A stretch of DNA of 64,000 nucleotides from Bacteroidales bacterium. GTDB lineage: Bacteria; Bacteroidota; Bacteroidia; Bacteroidales; ML635J-15. The DNA lies in contig JAFZLK010000038.1 in assembly GCA_017551515.1 (NCBI GenBank), positions 16,064 through 80,063 on the forward strand. The letters run 5' to 3'. Made by a program: the position numbers and the translations under genes. A model generated the notes under the pieces. It saw only the letters and a program-made list of their open reading frames with translations, had not been told where the DNA came from and made no database searches. Below, one piece after another: positions 61,801 through 64,000 of this stretch. The stretch's first letter is position 1. The number at the start of each line of letters is the position of its first letter.

Positions 61801-64000
61801 TGCATCGCTTGGCAAGTGCCAGCCATTTGGACAGATGCCCTGTACACCGCTTGGATTCATGACACTGCTATTTTCGCCATATATTGCGGCCGACCAGTTA
61901 TAGATATAACCATATCCCTCCACGTTGTTTCTGCTATTGTTCGGGTAATAACGATAAGGTTCTGTTTCGCTTTCTGTAAATCCCGTTGGAATTTCGCTCG
62001 TTACCAATGGAACATTGCCTGCATACCTCAAGTTTTCGACCATCCATTTCTGGTTGCCGATTATTATCGACTTGTATTCGGTATTATCACGGTCATCGAT
62101 GAAAGTGCCGTAGGTATAAAACGCAACGGTGTCGCTTAGTCTGGTTCCGAATGAGTCGGTGGCTTCTGCGACGAACCAGTACCGAGTTTCGGGTTGTAGG
62201 CTATCGAAATATGCATAATAGTAGTGGTAGTCGCTTTCTCTGTTAATCACAGTCTCCATTGTTAAGTTATCCCTGTCAGTACCACCGTACAAATACATTT
62301 CCGGTTCTACTTCATCGTCATATTCAACATCCACTAGAATCTCCATATAATCAGTTCCGCGGTAAAGAGGTCGTCTGATTGTTACTTCTGGCGGACCTGC
62401 TGTCCTGAATCTCTTGACTTCGCCGTACAAAGTAGTGTCGGCAGTAGAGGAGAAAGCCATATAGTAATAACTTCTGCCCGGTTCAAAGTTATTATCTGTG
62501 AATGAGAAATTCCTTGACTTGTATAGATTTGCATCTACCACTACATTTGTTGAGTCGGAAAAGTTGGGCTTGGTGCTATATACGAATCCACATTCCTTGA
62601 CGTATGACAAATATTGAGTCTGGTAACTATACGAACCGTTTAGAACGACATCTGGTGCAGCATCCAAGTTGGCATCGTTGGTATTTACAGGTACAAGTTT
62701 TGGCGAAATTACTAGCAAAACAAATGTTTTTGTTATGCCTTCGTATGTTGCGGTAAGTGTTACTTCCACATCTGATTCACCCAACCTTGGACGATTTACA
62801 GTTGCTGTTTCTCCTGATATTGAGATGATATTTGTATTGCTTGACAACCATGTTACATCATGTCCAGATATTGATGTTGGTAGTGTGAAGTCGTCCATTA
62901 CAGCGGCTGCCGCGTTGTCTGGCTGGAAATACAAAGGTATTCGTGCGGCTGTTGTTCTATTGTCTTCTGGTACTCCAACAGGCATCGGGTAAAGCCCATC
63001 GGTATATGACCAGTTTGCTGCCAACGACGATTCGAGAGCAGAACCGACCACTTCAGTTGTTTCCAAACCAGTACCACGCGAAGCATACATAAGTCTATAA
63101 TATTCGTTCCTCATGTCGCAGACCTGTCTGTCGAAGAAATCCGTTACATTAGGATTATTTTCATCGGTTGTACCAGATGTAGCATATACATAAGTGTAAT
63201 AATTGCCATTATCACTTACTCCAGAGAATTGTGATACCGAAACGTTATTGTTCAAGTAGGCAATTCCATTGCCAAACATGCCGCCAATTTGCATCGAAAG
63301 GGCAGGGAAAGATCCGTAGTTTGCACAGTTGCTGATTGTAAGCGCAGCAAGCGGATTATATCCTACAATTCCGCCAATCGATACAAAATCGCAACCTTGG
63401 TTTGTCGCGAATATTTCAGCAATGTTCATACATTTGTCAACCAGCACGTTTCCGTCCCCAATGCTGGCAATAATTCCTCCGGCCATTTCTTGGGCAGTTA
63501 CTTTTCCTGCATTGAGGTTGGAAATCAAGGCTGCATCCAACATCTGCCCATCGCGCAACGAGTTCCGGTGCAGCATATTAACGTTAATGTTGGAAGGCAA
63601 GGTTGCTTCCAGTATTTGTCCAGTGATACCGCCGGCATATACGCCCTTTATTACGGCATTGTTGGTACAACCCGACACTAAACCGCCTTCCATTGAACCT
63701 ACTATACCTCCAACCCATGCGTATGAATCCGCTGATACTTCTATAGTCAAGTTGTTTGTACAATTGACGATGGTGTTGTTTATTGAGTTTCCTACAAATC
63801 CACCAAATTTTCCGCTGTTAGGTGATGTAATTTTCTTATTTTGAGTTGCAACCAAAGTCGAACAGTTGGATATTACGGACGACTTTGCACTTAAGCACAA
63901 AGCCCCGTATGATGCTACATTGGCTTCTATTTCATACGATACAGGAACTAGGATATTAAGACTGTCTATAGTAGCATTTTCGATGGTATTGAATGCAGTT
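58825..64000 (-). CDS. Giant (more than 1724 aa) T9SS-sorted multidomain surface protein; 5' end lies outside the window
   Basis: The frame stays open upstream of the track's TTG at 63900 to the window edge; I translated 63901-63999 and found no stop. Domains are GLUG-like repeats, an atrophied-Ig-like segment (VTWLSSN...VTLTATY), a Fibrobacter-paralogous (FISUMP) domain at about 61462-62103 (FIDDRDNTEYK..IGNQKWMVENL..GWHLPS..EW..L...FWT..VRCIRG), a CarboxypepD_reg-like segment and Ig/FN3-like modules. The type-A CTD is LSVYPNPTSGQFFIEG...RRVTIFR. Confidence 0.85.
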   Translation of the reverse strand, partial: TAFNTIENATIDSLNILVPVSYEIEANVASYGALCLSAKSSVISNCSTLVATQNKKITSPNSGKFGGFVGNSINNTIVNCTNNLTIEVSADSYAWVGGIVGSMEGGLVSGCTNNAVIKGVYAGGITGQILEATLPSNINVNMLHRNSLRDGQMLDAALISNLNAGKVTAQEMAGGIIASIGDGNVLVDKCMNIAEIFATNQGCDFVSIGGIVGYNPLAALTISNCANYGSFPALSMQIGGMFGNGIAYLNNNVSVSQFSGVSDNGNYYTYVYATSGTTDENNPNVTDFFDRQVCDMRNEYYRLMYASRGTGLETTEVVGSALESSLAANWSYTDGLYPMPVGVPEDNRTTAARIPLYFQPDNAAAAVMDDFTLPTSISGHDVTWLSSNTNIISISGETATVNRPRLGESDVEVTLTATYEGITKTFVLLVISPKLVPVNTNDANLDAAPDVVLNGSYSYQTQYLSYVKECGFVYSTKPNFSDSTNVVVDANLYKSRNFSFTDNNFEPGRSYYYMAFSSTADTTLYGEVKRFRTAGPPEVTIRRPLYRGTDYMEILVDVEYDDEVEPEMYLYGGTDRDNLTMETVINRESDYHYYYAYFDSLQPETRYWFVAEATDSFGTRLSDTVAFYTYGTFIDDRDNTEYKSIIIGNQKWMVENLRYAGNVPLVTSEIPTGFTESETEPYRYYPNNSRNNVEGYGYIYNWSAAIYGENSSVMNPSGVQGICPNGWHLPSDAEWQELNNELGSGLFDDAGAQMAGEDYLWSSGKLTDSYYFSTSGFNALPAGGFYGDFRHFGEEASFWTTTETNLSTIDGMVNAVANYDIVYSSTSLDVAFALKQVGNSVRCIRGTTIYAAFDTITLCGDDYTYYDTTFTESGDYVRRFFYEEYADSAYSLHLTLNHPPRVELEQTACEVFEWNGQTYTELGDYVQTFVDVNGCDSTVTVHLIDLDDCYGIVSGIITDAGTGTAIPNARVTIGTEFTRTNTEGEYSLSVPRGNWVMKVLATGYASYNEMIDIQTDTVLNIELVMPQITTNVNDISATTYPYLAHNDSITISNVSQTPLIWSSVTDYDNLELLPEQEDFHRSRNSRALWDSIQTFTTQFNAEQAITTDGFFIYTSSWQRPGEFNRYTPDGEYIETFYIENVGMIRNLSYDGRYFYGTETTNIIFKLDLDNQMLVDSITTDISNIRHCSFDRQNGNLLAGDWNSLFTIDTATGVSTQIRDDLMNVYSSAYDNLSPDGPYLWLFSQTSEDNGPSACIRQFSISSGEYTDKTHYLDDIELGDASLAGGICASEQIMDGKFVLLADVQNPLGNNTIATYEIGQTNSVVISDRKSGELLPNESVTINMQEYTTNVGDFNATIRYRIAVVGNQSSDLNVSVSSIAPECEAVQQLTAVTNAANSVTLEWQPTEQGDYNSVSYLVFCDNSRFAIDTTTENTITIAGLSAGEHCFNVRTMYVDEYTCMSSASETVCADIYDPSCDVYIMVETESDGDAIYVEWNKPAGVEYFRITRDDNAVDEVLYDNIYIDLDVAPETNYCYTITGYLENDLCNEISSTTCMRIVPGICAESPVLKVEAIGSSVALNWTGTSDAFSYKVYRNGMPIGLTTETSYYDKVDSASYYCYWVKSVCEYRMVALSNEECLFVDDIAEWTENNLSVYPNPTSGQFFIEGSQIATVRIYNTVGQIVDEIENNESEHIEIHCDGWNSGLYNVQIISIEGKVATRRVTIFR

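Noticed and set aside
61462-62103. The FISUMP/C-type-lectin-like domain as a diversity-generating retroelement variable region.
   Set aside because: The domain is internal rather than C-terminal. No RT, no template repeat and no IMH-like duplicate were seen anywhere in the window.
1-64000. A search by eye for tRNA, rRNA, transposase, integrase and CRISPR features.
   Set aside because: No T-arm-like GGTTCGAATCC-type motif occurs in intergenic DNA. I saw no rRNA-like conserved stretches, no DDE, tyrosine or serine recombinase motifs in any ORF, and no short direct-repeat/spacer array. Without a tRNAscan or Infernal run this is not exhaustive.

Overview
A 64-kb chromosomal window from a T9SS-positive member of the Bacteroidota, probably Bacteroidales-like. 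This is supported by TAnnTTTG -7 promoter boxes close to many start codons, a 2488-aa SprA/Sov translocon gene, at least seven proteins with T9SS C-terminal sorting domains, and a TonB-dependent receptor with a carboxypeptidase-regulatory-like N-domain. The housekeeping backbone includes pgk, gcvH, sprA, ruvA, gltX, gmhA, pdxJ, a group IV PLP decarboxylase, comEC, topoisomerase IV parE/parC, tadA, an acyl-ACP thioesterase and an EmrAB-like efflux pair. Small accessory modules, AT-richer by eye, interrupt this backbone. They are AbiEi/AbiEii, ParD/ParE, HipB/HipA, a DUF3791-DUF3990-DUF3791 cassette chained to the comEC operon, a TTG-start orphan gene wedged between the two topo IV subunits, and an ~8-kb AT-rich island (37.3-45.3 kb). 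The island encodes secreted proteins and lipoproteins plus a signal-less trypsin-fold protease. I recognised no rRNA, tRNA, CRISPR array, transposase or integrase. The items most worth a second look are: (1) the DUF3990 cassette, with an ART-like H..Y motif pattern; (2) a TonB-receptor operon partnered with T9SS-sorted Cys-framed/PKD proteins rather than a SusD-like protein; (3) a pgk ORF carrying an extra degenerate PGK C-domain at its N-terminus; (4) a ~100-bp inverted-repeat element present twice in opposite orientations; (5) a 415-bp ORF-free, hairpin-rich island bounded by ~18-bp inverted repeats. All calls come from reading the sequence and the supplied translations. No database search or computation was run, and GC statements are by eye.
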